Assembly: GCA_965203905.1 (NCBI GenBank)
Contig: CBDBDQ010000005.1
Coordinates: forward strand, 1,376,001-1,440,000
DNA: 64,000 nucleotides
Direction of reading: 5' to 3'
Origin: Spirochaetia bacterium
GTDB lineage: Bacteria; Spirochaetota; Spirochaetia; SZUA-6; Bin103
Shown: piece after piece, positions 19,594 through 29,555 of the stretch
How positions within the stretch are numbered: position 1 is the stretch's first letter
Layout of the letters: each line of letters starts with the position of its first letter
Made by a program: the position numbers and the translations under genes
Notes under the pieces: generated by a model
Databases searched by the model: none
Told to the model about the DNA's origin: nothing
Seen by the model: the letters and a program-made list of their open reading frames with translations, nothing else

Positions 19594-19795
19594 TCGAATT
19601 GGCCGCGTACTCGGCTACCGATGCGCCATCCTCTGCGAGACTTCTTGCGGCTGTGGCGCTGGCGGCGTGACCTCGGTTGGCGTGGTCCACTAATACTGGA
19701 TGCTCTCCGCGGGAGACTACAGCGGCGGGCGTCATGCCGGCTCATCCGACTGGAGAAGTTGCCTCACCGGGCCCGTGAGACGGCTATCGACAAGG

Positions 19796-19827
19796 AGATC
19801 AGGCAGGACGACGATCCTGCCTGATCT
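19796..19827 (+). terminator. 13-bp-stem hairpin in the cassette trailer (variants near 22796-22826, 24449-24482 and 29357-29386)
   Basis: AGATCAGGCAGGA-CGACGA-TCCTGCCTGATCT; only the copy at 24449 is followed by a T-run. Confidence 0.5.
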
Positions 19828-19883
19828 GTCTACGCAAGGATCTGGTGCGGCTGGTGCTGTCGGTCGCCGAGTTGGGCTACTAA

Positions 19884-21192
19884 GGAGTCTCGCCAAAATA
19901 AGTTGGTCTTTTAGTCACTGTCGGGGAGTCAGCATGTAGTTCCATTCGCCGTGAAACCGATCGCGCTTCAGATTCAGTGCCTGCATCTGTTCGTCGCTCA
20001 CCGTCTGCCCCGTCGGGTAGCTGTTGTGGTCCAACTCCGAGCGGATCGTCAAGCCGCTCCTGGTCCTCGTGTGGCCGATCAGGTTCACCACCACCTGCCG
20101 GCTCACCAGCGGTCGCCCGCGCCAGTTCTCGGTGATGTGACAGAACATCCGATGCTCGATCTTGTTCCACTTGCTGGTCCCCGGCGGAAAGTGACACACC
20201 GAGATGCGCAGCCCCGTGGCATCGGCGAACTGCTGCAACTCCACCTTCCACAGCCGACTGCGACTGCTGTTGGAACCGCCCCCGTCGGCCGTGATCAGCA
20301 ACCGCCGCGCCTGTGGATACGCCATATGGCCCATCCTCTGCCACCACCTCCGCAGTGTCTCCACGGCGAATACCGCGGTGTCGTGATCCTCCCCCACGCT
20401 CACCCAGCCGGTGTCACCGGTCACGTCGTAGATCCCGTACGGAATCGCCTTGCCGAGCGTCTTATCCACGAAATCGTGCACCTTGACGCGCTCCGGTTGG
20501 CCCTTCGGGCGCCACTCTCGACCCCCGTTGCGGTACTCGCCCACCAACTCCTTTTTCTTGGTGTCAACAGAAACTACCGGCTGCCGCAGAGCCTGAAACG
20601 CGCGCACCCTCCGGTTGATGTGCTTGAACTGCGCATCGCGGTCGACATGCTGCGTGCCTTCCAGCGTCTTGCGGTTGGCCTGCAGGCTGTAGCCCAACTC
20701 ATGCAACAGCCGGTTCACGGTCCGCTCGCTCACCGGGTGACCGGCCGCCTGCAGTTCCTCGGCCAACCGCGCCGCGCTACTGCAGGTCCACAGCAACGGC
20801 CCCATCGGGTCGCCGCGGGTGACCGGGTCGACCAACCGCTCCAGCGCCTGTGTCAACTTCGGGTCGCGGGCGGTCAACGGCTTACGGCCTGCGCCGGGTC
20901 GTCGCTGGCGTCCGCTGTTGGCTTGTGCCCCTGCTGCTGCGCCGGCATCCAGTTCCTTCAGCCCGGCGTGAATGGTGGTCCGCGAGATCCCGGTGGCGGC
21001 TGCCACACAGGCGATGCCGCCACGGCCCAGCAGGCGCGCCTCCACCGCAGCCCAGCGGCGCCGGAGGCGCTCGTCAAACAATGGATTCAGGGCTGCGAAC
21101 TTGGTCTTGACCGCTTGGGTGAGAATTGGGTCCACTACGTCTGAGTAGATTATCGGCTACTCCTTTCGACCACTTTATTTTGGCGAGAGCCC
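19884..21192 (-). mobile_element. ISAzo13-family insertion sequence, 1309 bp
   Basis: Imperfect TIRs GGAGTCTCGCCAAAATAAGTTGGTC and (reverse complement) GGGCTCTCGCCAAAAATAAAGTGGTC; 3-bp TAA duplication at 19881-19883 and 21193-21195. Confidence 0.92.
19915..21135 (-). CDS. ISAzo13-family DDE transposase
   Basis: TRGDPMGPLLWT, DRDAQF, SVDTKKKELVG, ITADGGGSN and PPGTSKWNKIEHRMF. Confidence 0.95.
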   Translation of the reverse strand: MDPILTQAVKTKFAALNPLFDERLRRRWAAVEARLLGRGGIACVAAATGISRTTIHAGLKELDAGAAAGAQANSGRQRRPGAGRKPLTARDPKLTQALERLVDPVTRGDPMGPLLWTCSSAARLAEELQAAGHPVSERTVNRLLHELGYSLQANRKTLEGTQHVDRDAQFKHINRRVRAFQALRQPVVSVDTKKKELVGEYRNGGREWRPKGQPERVKVHDFVDKTLGKAIPYGIYDVTGDTGWVSVGEDHDTAVFAVETLRRWWQRMGHMAYPQARRLLITADGGGSNSSRSRLWKVELQQFADATGLRISVCHFPPGTSKWNKIEHRMFCHITENWRGRPLVSRQVVVNLIGHTRTRSGLTIRSELDHNSYPTGQTVSDEQMQALNLKRDRFHGEWNYMLTPRQ

Positions 21193-21249
21193 TAACCGCA
21201 ACGCCACCCACCTCCTCGGTGAGCAGTCCAATTGCTTGGCTGCGTTCTC

Positions 21250-21274
21250 AGTCCTACCAATCCTGGTAGGGACT
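21250..21274. promoter_or_regulatory. Palindromic operator-like site, cassette 2
   Basis: AGTCCTACCAATCCTGGTAGGGACT. Confidence 0.7.
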
Positions 21275-21497
21275 CTCGGGCAATCGTGTCAGAAGATCGT
21301 TCTCGTCAGTCACCCGACTCCGACCTGCGTGCGAAGCATGCGACGCCGCGCCAGACCTCGGATAGCGATCCCACCCGCTCCGGAGGGCGTAGAGCAAATG
21401 CTTGGGAAGGCGGTTGACGGTTGGGGGACGCAGGTTGGTGGATGCGATGGCATTCGCTTATGGCGCAGGCTTCGAATGTGCAAGAGAGGAGAATCAA

Positions 21498-22619
21498 GTG
21501 AAGTTTCGTCGACTCAGTAGACTGCTGGCGGTTTCCGCTGCCGTCGCCGCGGTGGTGCTCTTGGCAGGTTGCCCAAGGGCGGTCAAGACGCCGATCAGTT
21601 TTGCCGCGGGTGACCTTACGCTGACGCTACCGGCAATGGTGAAAGACACGGCCATATCCGCAGTTGTGTTGCCGGAGGCGTCCGGGGGAGAAGGTGCTTT
21701 CTCCTATGCCCTGGCTCCCGAGGTTCCGGGCCTTACGTTCGACCCCGAGACCCGACAGTTGAGCGGGACCCCGACTACGGCCGGAAGCTATCCGTTGCGC
21801 TACACGGCGACGGATGAAGACGGCGCCTCGGTCACCCTGAGCTTCACGGTCACGGTAAGACCGACGCTGTGGGGCTCTTGGCGTACCACCAGCAGATGGC
21901 ACGATGACGGAGAACTCGTGGGAACGGTCGTGGAGACTCTGACGTTCACTACCAGCAGGTTCATCATGTACAGAGCACACTATCGGACCGATGGTTCGTT
22001 TGACGGCAGAGCGTTGGAGAGTGGTACCTGGACAGCATCTGACGACGCCGTGACAAAGACTTGGTATGTCAATGACGACGACGACCGCGACACTCCGGAC
22101 GTCCTAAGGAGTCTGGACAAGGACTATGTGTGGGCGGATGGGGCGCGCGATGTGTTACTGTTGCACGAATGGCGCGGTTGGAGTGCCAGTCAGAGTTTCG
22201 ATCGCTACGAGCGCGTTCAAAATGTATCACCGTCGTCGGTAGTCGGCGTATGGCAGAGGTCGGGAATGGGGGACGATTGGTCTTTCGTTCAAACGCTTAC
22301 GGTATACCCCGATGGCACGTTGCTATACGAGAATTCGTGGTCTGAACGAGAGTCCGGAGGAGTTTGGGAGATGACTGCAAACTGGCAGCTTGTTGAGGAT
22401 GAGTACTATCTCAATCTGACCGACGCTAGCGCCACCTGGACCCCAACCGGTGGAGTAACGGAACCGGACTCAGATTTTGAGGGTGCGTCTCGGTGGGCCT
22501 TCGCTCTCACCGACCAGTGGCCGGACGAGATGATAGTGTCGCCCTTCTGGGACGAAGATCCGGCCTATGATAGTTATAGAGAGTATGGACACTACTGGAT
22601 GACCTTCCAACGGCAATAG
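21498..22619 (+). CDS. Array lipoprotein 2, 373 aa
   Basis: GTG after AGGAG; LLAGC lipobox; same architecture as copy 1. Confidence 0.88.
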   Translation: MKFRRLSRLLAVSAAVAAVVLLAGCPRAVKTPISFAAGDLTLTLPAMVKDTAISAVVLPEASGGEGAFSYALAPEVPGLTFDPETRQLSGTPTTAGSYPLRYTATDEDGASVTLSFTVTVRPTLWGSWRTTSRWHDDGELVGTVVETLTFTTSRFIMYRAHYRTDGSFDGRALESGTWTASDDAVTKTWYVNDDDDRDTPDVLRSLDKDYVWADGARDVLLLHEWRGWSASQSFDRYERVQNVSPSSVVGVWQRSGMGDDWSFVQTLTVYPDGTLLYENSWSERESGGVWEMTANWQLVEDEYYLNLTDASATWTPTGGVTEPDSDFEGASRWAFALTDQWPDEMIVSPFWDEDPAYDSYREYGHYWMTFQRQ

Positions 22620-22917
22620 TCGAATTGCGCCGCGTACTCAGTTACCGAGCGCCATCCTCTGCGAGGCTTCTTGCGGCTGTGGCGCCGGCGGCGTGACCTG
22701 GGTTCGCGGAGGACACTGAGCAGCGGGCGTCGTGTCGGCTCATCCGACCGGAGAGAGTGCCTCACCGGCCTCGTGACACGGGCTATCGGCAAGGAAATCA
22801 GGCAGGACGACAATCCTGCCTGGTCTATCTACGCAAGGATCTGCTCTGTCGGTCGCCGAGTTGGGCTACGAACCCCGGGTCCTCGGCGGGCAGTCCGGTT
22901 TGCTTGCTGGCTTTCTC

Positions 22918-22942
22918 AGTCCTACCAATCCTGGTAGGGACT
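22918..22942. promoter_or_regulatory. Palindromic operator-like site, cassette 3
   Basis: AGTCCTACCAATCCTGGTAGGGACT. Confidence 0.7.
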
Positions 22943-23159
22943 CTCGGGCAGTCGTGTCAGAGGATCGTTCTCGTCAGTCACCGACTCCGACCTGCGCGCA
23001 AACGCATGCGCGGCCGCGCCCAACCCCTCGGATAGCGATTCCATCCGCTCCGGAGGGGACGGTGCACGTTGCTTGGAAGGCGGTTGGGGACGCAGGTTAG
23101 CGGATGCGACGATATTCGCTTTTGGCACAGCCTTCGAAAGTGCAAGAGAGGAGAATCAA

Positions 23160-24248
23160 ATGAAGTCTCGTCGAATCAGTAGACTGCTAGTGGTTGCCAC
23201 TGCCGTCGCCGCGGTGGTGTTCTTGGTAGGTTGCACAAGGGCGGTCAAGACGCCTATCAGTTTCGCCGCGGGCGACCTTACGCTGACGCTACCGGCAATG
23301 GTGAAAGGCACGGCCATCTCCGCAGTCGTGCTGCCGGAGGCGTCCGGGGGAGAAGGTGCTCTCACCCACACTCTAGCTCCCGAGGTCCCGGGCCTTACGT
23401 TCGACCCCGAGACCCGACAGTTGAGCGGGACACCGACTACGGCCGGAAGCTATCCGCTGCGTTACACGGCGACGGATGAAGACGGCGCCACGGCCACCCT
23501 GAGCTTCACGCTCACGGTAAGACCGACGCTGTGGGGCTCTTGGCGTAACACCAGTATCCGGTACTATGACGGCGAAGTGGGAACGGTCGTGGAGACTCTG
23601 ACGTTCACTACCAGCAGGTTCATCATGTACAGGTCATACTATCGGCCCGATGGTTCGTTTGACGGCTGGCATTGGGAGAGTGGTACCTGGGCAGCATCTG
23701 ACGACACCGTGACAAAGACTTGGTATGTCGATGACGACGACGACCACGAGACTCCGGAAGTCCTCAGGAGTCTGGACAAGGACTATGTGTGGGTGGATGA
23801 GGCGCGCGATGTGTTATTGTTGCACGAATGGCGCCGTTGGAGTGCCAGTGAGACTTTCGATCGCTACGAGCGCGTGAAAAGTGTATCGCCGTCGTCGGTA
23901 GTGGGCGTATGGCAGAACTCCGATCTGTACGACGATTGGGACTTTACGCTTACGGTTAACGCCGATGGCACGTTGCTGTTCGACGCTTCGGAGCTCGGCG
24001 GAGTTTGGAAGGTGACTGCAAAGTGGCAGCTCGATGAGGATGAGTACTTTCTCAATCTGACCGACGCGACCGACGTCTGGACCCCAACCGGTGGAGTACC
24101 GCAACTTCGGAACCTTGCGTCTCGGTTTGCCTTCGCTCCTACCGATCAGTGGCCGGATGGGATGACAGTGTCCTTCTGGCACGAAGACCCGGACCATCCC
24201 AATTTTAAAGAGTTCGGGTCCTATTGGATGACCTTCCAACGGCAATAG
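23160..24248 (+). CDS. Array lipoprotein 3, 362 aa
   Basis: ATG after AGGAG; FLVGC lipobox; same architecture. Confidence 0.88.
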   Translation: MKSRRISRLLVVATAVAAVVFLVGCTRAVKTPISFAAGDLTLTLPAMVKGTAISAVVLPEASGGEGALTHTLAPEVPGLTFDPETRQLSGTPTTAGSYPLRYTATDEDGATATLSFTLTVRPTLWGSWRNTSIRYYDGEVGTVVETLTFTTSRFIMYRSYYRPDGSFDGWHWESGTWAASDDTVTKTWYVDDDDDHETPEVLRSLDKDYVWVDEARDVLLLHEWRRWSASETFDRYERVKSVSPSSVVGVWQNSDLYDDWDFTLTVNADGTLLFDASELGGVWKVTAKWQLDEDEYFLNLTDATDVWTPTGGVPQLRNLASRFAFAPTDQWPDGMTVSFWHEDPDHPNFKEFGSYWMTFQRQ

Positions 24249-24537
24249 TCGAATTGCGCCGCGTACTCAGCTACCGAGCGCCATCCTCTGCGAGGCTTCT
24301 TGCGGCTGTGGCGCCGGCGGCGTGACCTGCGTTGGCGTGGTCCACTGATACTGGATGCTCTCGTGGGAGAGTGCAACAGCGGGCGTCATGCCGGCCCATC
24401 CGACCGGAGAAGGTGCCTCACCGGGCCCGTGAGACGGCTATCGACAAGGAGATCAGGCAGGACGACGATCCTGCCTGATCTCTTTTCGTCTAACCCCAGC
24501 GTCAACGACTCCTACCTCAGGTAGGAAGGAAAGAATC

Positions 24538-27500
24538 TTGAGAGCAAGAGTAGTAGCGATACTGGAGATACTGGTCGCTGTCATTGCTGTTGCCCTGGTC
24601 ATGGGGTGCAGCGGATCGGTGATGGGCATGATCGAAACTCCTGCTGCCGAGCCACGACCTGAGAAGACACCATCTGAGCAGGCGGAAAAAACCACGATCA
24701 CTTTCCGGGTAGTGGAGCCCCTCCTTGCGGACAGAAATGGTCCGGGTGTAGCAGCAGTGAAGGTTATCCTCCAGTCCGGACAGGAAAAAGTGAAGGAAAC
24801 AGCTACCGACGGCAGCGTTACCTTCGTGGGCAGCCTCCCTCTCACCGTCCGGATTGAAAAACCCGGCTATATCACCACCACAGCCACCGTGACGGACGAG
24901 TCAGGCCAGGAGATCGTCTTTCCCAACGAGTGGCCGGAGGAGGCAAAAGAAGCCATTCGCCAACTTGGCTTAGAGGAGATGATTGCTTCAGGTGAGCTTG
25001 TCCTGAGGTGGGGGGACACCGAGTTCCTCTATACCCTTGATGGAGATGTGGGGGGACTGTACGTTTGTCCTAACATAATCATTAGGGATCACACCAATAA
25101 CGGAAACCGCCGGATGTGGATCTTGGTTCACGAACTAATGCATGTTTGGCAAGGTTTGAACTCCACAAATCCACCTTGCGAGATTGATCCTGGCTGGACT
25201 CAGTCCGAGGAAGGCAGGGCTTGGATTGCCGCCATAGATGAGGACCTCAGGGAAGTTGGCCCCATCTCCGGTTTTGATGATTCGGCATGGGCATCAAAGG
25301 ATGTTCCACACGAGAATCAGGCCTCGTTTTATGCCCAATGGGCATATGGCCTTGAGAGAACAAGAGAGGAGCTGGAAAAACTCTGTGGCTTAGCACCAAA
25401 CCGGTGCCGGTACCTGCAGGACAGATTCGGACCTCCGCCGCCGCGCATGACCGGGACCAACAGCGCGCCGACGGCAGACGCCGGCCCTGATCAGACGGTG
25501 ACCGCGAGCGACACCGTGACCCTCCGGGGCAGCGGCACCGACGCCGAAGACCAGAACCTGACCTACTCCTGGTCGCAGACCGGTGGCGTACCGACCGTCG
25601 AGTTGCGCTCGGACCAGGCCGCAACCTCCTTCACTGCACCCGACGTAGACGCGGTTACCATGCTCACCTTCGCGCTCACGGTGACCGACTCGGGCGGCCT
25701 CACGGGTACCGATTCCGTGACTGTCACGGTCCTGCCCCCGCTCTCCGTGGCGGTCTCCGTGACGTTCGTCGAAGACTCCGTGCGCGTCGTGGAAGGGGAA
25801 GAGGTGGCCGTTGGCATCCGGTACCGAGCCCGGGAGCTCGCCTCGCCGCTGACGATCCAGGTCTCCGTGCTTGAGGACCAGGCCGAGGCGGCCGACTACG
25901 AATTGTCGGAGACCCGTTTCGAGATCCCGGCCGGGAGAGACATTCTGGGAACCCTGGAACTCACCCTCAGCACGCGGACCGACGACTCCTTCGCCGAGGG
26001 GGAGGAAGCCATCGAGCTGCGGCTCTTGGTGCCTGAGGCGATTGGAGCGGAGGTCGGAGGGCCGCTCTCGGTGACGATCTCCGATGCCGCGGTGTCCGCC
26101 TGCGTTGGCGTCACCCTGGCAGGCACGCCTCCCGAACCCGTGGAAGAAGTTGGAGGGCTCCGGATCCGCACTTCGCTGACCTCGGAGTGGCACGCGAGCG
26201 CGCGGGAAGTAACGATGCGGTGGGTCGGCCCATATGGCGAGGTATGGCATTGGGTCGATGTCGAGCACCACCCGTATTACGACGAGAGAGCCAAACCCTT
26301 TCCGCCACCACCCGACTTCCATATCGAGGCGTGGCAGTTCGATCCCGGAAGCGCCTCCACCACCCACATGATGGATGTCTCGTGGTCAGCCAAGGCCGAC
26401 CTGGAACTCATGTTCCGCTGCCAAACCGGCGCCGTTGTCGCCGTCTGCGATTCGGCGGGATGTACGATCGAGGCGACGACGGCATCCCGTACGATATCCG
26501 GCAGTCCGAGCGCACTCCATTCAGCGCTCTGGGGCGAGGGCTCGGAAAGCGGACTTCGAGCTGCGTCCTACCTCGTTGCGCCGGATCGAAGGTGGCATCC
26601 GTCAGTGTGGGGACCGGGCGATACGCTTGTTTTTCACCTTTCGACGGAAAACTGGCCGGACGACGCCCGGATGACGCCAGCGGACGTGAAGGAAGTTCTG
26701 GAGAGGATGCTGGCCGAGTGGTCGGCTGTTCCAACGGCGGACATCTCCTGGCGAGTCGAAGGACCGGCGGACGGGCTCTTGCCGGGAAAGGACGGGAAGA
26801 ACATCTTCTGGATAGACCCGGGGTACGTGCACGGCGGTGGTAGCGGACCAACGAGATGGTACGAGACTATCGATGGGGTCCACGGACTGGTGGAGGCTGA
26901 TCATCGCATCGACCCCAACTCGCTGAGAGTGTCAAGTTACGACAGGCCGTGGCCCTACATCGCCAATGAGCTGGGTATGCACCCTCTCGGCCATACCCTC
27001 GGCTTGGAACATGCGGCTACGTTCCCTGTTTTTTCGCCTTGTCCGGGGCCGCGCTCAGATGACTGCGGACGGGTCGACGGGGACCTCGGCTATTGGCGAG
27101 ATGTCCGCGGCGCCTGGCAACTGGACCCGATCATGTCGTACGGGGCGTCCGGCACTTTGAGCTTTCTGGACGATGGGTCGGCCTTGCGGCTCGACGACAA
27201 GATCGGGGCGTCGCTGCTCCGCCCGAAACCCGGCTGGCTCGAAACTACCGGCTCGATTGCCGGGTCAGTCAGCACCGATGACGGGCGGCCGGTTCCGTTC
27301 ATCCACGTATGGGCCGTGCGGCCCGACGAGCGCGGCCTGATGGACGGTACAGGGTCGTTCGCCAACCGGAACGGCGACTTTCTGATCCGGGGCCTACCGC
27401 CCGGAGACTGGATCCTCATCGCACATCCGGACTTGTCCTGGCTGGCGAATCCGTGGTTCTTCTTCGAGCGGCAGGGCGAACTGACCGACGAGATGATGCT

Positions 27501-27585
27501 CTTCCCGGTGCGCGCCCGCGCCGGGCAGACGACATCAGGCATCGAGATCACCATGTCGCGGGGCCGGATGACGACAGTGCCGTGA
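24538..27585 (+). CDS. Large multidomain lipoprotein: HEXXH domain, PKD/REJ-like, Calx-beta-like, matrixin-like and carboxypeptidase-regulatory-like domains
   Basis: VMGC lipobox; HELMH; NSAPTADAGPDQTV...TYSWSQT; HPLGHTLGLEH with PIMSY Met-turn; GDFLIRGLPPGDW. Confidence 0.8.
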   Translation: MRARVVAILEILVAVIAVALVMGCSGSVMGMIETPAAEPRPEKTPSEQAEKTTITFRVVEPLLADRNGPGVAAVKVILQSGQEKVKETATDGSVTFVGSLPLTVRIEKPGYITTTATVTDESGQEIVFPNEWPEEAKEAIRQLGLEEMIASGELVLRWGDTEFLYTLDGDVGGLYVCPNIIIRDHTNNGNRRMWILVHELMHVWQGLNSTNPPCEIDPGWTQSEEGRAWIAAIDEDLREVGPISGFDDSAWASKDVPHENQASFYAQWAYGLERTREELEKLCGLAPNRCRYLQDRFGPPPPRMTGTNSAPTADAGPDQTVTASDTVTLRGSGTDAEDQNLTYSWSQTGGVPTVELRSDQAATSFTAPDVDAVTMLTFALTVTDSGGLTGTDSVTVTVLPPLSVAVSVTFVEDSVRVVEGEEVAVGIRYRARELASPLTIQVSVLEDQAEAADYELSETRFEIPAGRDILGTLELTLSTRTDDSFAEGEEAIELRLLVPEAIGAEVGGPLSVTISDAAVSACVGVTLAGTPPEPVEEVGGLRIRTSLTSEWHASAREVTMRWVGPYGEVWHWVDVEHHPYYDERAKPFPPPPDFHIEAWQFDPGSASTTHMMDVSWSAKADLELMFRCQTGAVVAVCDSAGCTIEATTASRTISGSPSALHSALWGEGSESGLRAASYLVAPDRRWHPSVWGPGDTLVFHLSTENWPDDARMTPADVKEVLERMLAEWSAVPTADISWRVEGPADGLLPGKDGKNIFWIDPGYVHGGGSGPTRWYETIDGVHGLVEADHRIDPNSLRVSSYDRPWPYIANELGMHPLGHTLGLEHAATFPVFSPCPGPRSDDCGRVDGDLGYWRDVRGAWQLDPIMSYGASGTLSFLDDGSALRLDDKIGASLLRPKPGWLETTGSIAGSVSTDDGRPVPFIHVWAVRPDERGLMDGTGSFANRNGDFLIRGLPPGDWILIAHPDLSWLANPWFFFERQGELTDEMMLFPVRARAGQTTSGIEITMSRGRMTTVP

Positions 27586-27644
27586 CCGAGCGCAGCAGGC
27601 GTGCCGACTGATCGGCGCCAGCCGGTGATGATGTCTCGCACGTG

Positions 27645-27672
27645 ACAATAAGCAAAGCACAATAAGCAAAGC
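27645..27672 (+). repeat. Exact 14-bp tandem duplication ACAATAAGCAAAGC x2
   Basis: Read directly between the large lipoprotein gene and cassette 4. Confidence 0.85.
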
Positions 27673-27830
27673 GCCGGCAGCGATAACCGGGCAGCAGTGC
27701 GTTCGGGCGCGACGTGGACTATGCAGCGGAGCCACCAGTTCGGCTGGCGCTGTCGGTCGCCGAGTTGCGCTACTAACCGCAACGCCGCCCGCTAACCCGG
27801 TTGGTAGTCCGAATGCTTGGCCGCGTTCTC

Positions 27831-27855
27831 AGTCCTACCAATCCTGGTAGGGACT
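27831..27855. promoter_or_regulatory. Palindromic operator-like site, cassette 4
   Basis: AGTCCTACCAATCCTGGTAGGGACT. Confidence 0.7.
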
Positions 27856-28072
27856 CTCGGGCAATCGTGTCAGAGGATCGTTCTCGTCAGTCACCCGACT
27901 CCGACCTGCGTGCAAGGCATGCGCGACCGCGCGCCCACCCTCGGCAAGCGATCCCACCCGCTTCGGAGGGCGTAGAGCCGGTGCCTGGGAAGGCGGCTGG
28001 GGACGCAGGTTAGTGGATGCGATGGTATTCGCTTATGGCGCAGGCTTCGAATGTGCAAGAGAGGAGATTCAA

Positions 28073-29152
28073 GTGAAGTTTCGTCGACTCAGTAGACTGC
28101 TGGCGGTTTCCGCTGCCGTCGCCACGATGGTGTTCTTGGCAGGTTGCCCAAGGGCGGTCAAGACGCCGATCAGTTTCGCCGCTGGTGACCTTACGCTGAC
28201 GCTACCGGCAATGGTGAAAGGCACGGCCATCTCCGCAGTCGTGTTGCCGGAGGCGTCCGGGGGAGAAGGTGCTTTTACCTATGCCCTGGCTCCCGAGGTC
28301 CCGGGCCTCACGTTCGACCCCGAGACCCGACAGTTGAGCGGGACACCGACTGCGGCCGGAAGCTATCCGCTGCGTTACACGGCAACGGATGAAGACGGCG
28401 CCTCGGTCACCCTGAGCTTCCCTGTCATGGTAAGACCGACGCTGTGGGGCTCTTGGCGTAACACCAGCAGATGGCACCATGACGGAGAAGTGGGAACGAT
28501 CGTGAAGACTCTGACGTTTACCAAGAGCAGGTATATCCTGTATGAGTCGTTGAATAGAGAGGACGGTTCGTTGTACCGCAGGCATTGGCAGAATGGTGCC
28601 TGGACAGCGTCTGACGACACCGTGACGAAGACTTGGTATCACTATAACGAAGACGGCGAGACTTCAGCCGTCCTCACGAGTCTGGAAAAGGACTATGTAC
28701 TATCGGATGAAGGTAACACATTGTTCGTTCCGGACTGGTGGGATTCCGCCGGCGTGGAGACGAGGTTTACGCGCTACGAGCGCGTGCATAATGTATCGCC
28801 ATCGTCGGTAGTGGGCGTATGGCAGAACTCCGAGCGGTCGGACGATCGGGACTTTGCGCTTACGGTAAACGCCGATGGCACGTTGTTATTTGATTATTCG
28901 GAGCCCGAAGGAGTTCATACGGTGACTGCAAAGTGGCAGCTCGATGAGGATGAGTACTATCTCAATCTGACCGACGCTAGCGCCACCTGGACCCTAACCG
29001 GTGGAGTACCGCAACCTGGAACCTCTGCGCCTCGGTTTGCCTTTGCTCCTACCGATCAGTGGCCGGACGAGATGATAGTGTCCTTCTTCCAGGAAGACCC
29101 GACCGACTATAGAAAGTTCGGGCTCTATTGGTTGCACTTCCAACGGCAATAG
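28073..29152 (+). CDS. Array lipoprotein 4, 359 aa
   Basis: GTG after AGGAG; FLAGC lipobox; same architecture. Confidence 0.88.
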   Translation: MKFRRLSRLLAVSAAVATMVFLAGCPRAVKTPISFAAGDLTLTLPAMVKGTAISAVVLPEASGGEGAFTYALAPEVPGLTFDPETRQLSGTPTAAGSYPLRYTATDEDGASVTLSFPVMVRPTLWGSWRNTSRWHHDGEVGTIVKTLTFTKSRYILYESLNREDGSLYRRHWQNGAWTASDDTVTKTWYHYNEDGETSAVLTSLEKDYVLSDEGNTLFVPDWWDSAGVETRFTRYERVHNVSPSSVVGVWQNSERSDDRDFALTVNADGTLLFDYSEPEGVHTVTAKWQLDEDEYYLNLTDASATWTLTGGVPQPGTSAPRFAFAPTDQWPDEMIVSFFQEDPTDYRKFGLYWLHFQRQ

Positions 29153-29421
29153 TCGAATTGCGCCGCGTACTCAACTTCCGATGCCCCATCCTCTGCGAGG
29201 CTTCTTGCGGCTGTGGCGCTGGCGGCGTGACCTCGGTTGGCGTGGTCCACTGATACGGGATGCTCTCCGCGGGAGACTGCAGCGGCGGGCGTCATGCCGG
29301 CTCATCCGACTGGAGAAGGTGTCTCACCGGCCTCGTGAGACTGCTATCGGCAAGGAGATCAGGCAGGACGACGATCCTGCCTGATCGGTCTACGAAACGA
29401 TCTGATTTGTCGGTCATGAAC

Positions 29422-29502
29422 TTGCCGCCGTTGGTGACGCACATCTCACGGCAGGCGGACTTGGTACGCATCGTGCTAGCGGTCGTCGAGTTGGGCTACT
29501 AA
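29422..29502 (+). pseudogene. Internally deleted luxR remnant
   Basis: Encodes LPPLVT-HISRQADLVRIVLAVVELGY*, joining two distant segments of LuxR (LPPLVVH and HISRQPDLVRLVLSVAELGY*). Confidence 0.75.
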
Positions 29503-29555
29503 CCACAACGCCGCCCGCCTCCTCGGTGGACGCCCGATTGCTTGGCTGCGTTCTC

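Noticed and set aside
19621-19824. 67-aa ORF in the trailer (also 29181..29384)
   Set aside because: Copies 2 and 3 lack the ATG and carry indels; Arg-rich with no RBS. Treated as non-coding, though a decayed gene cannot be excluded.
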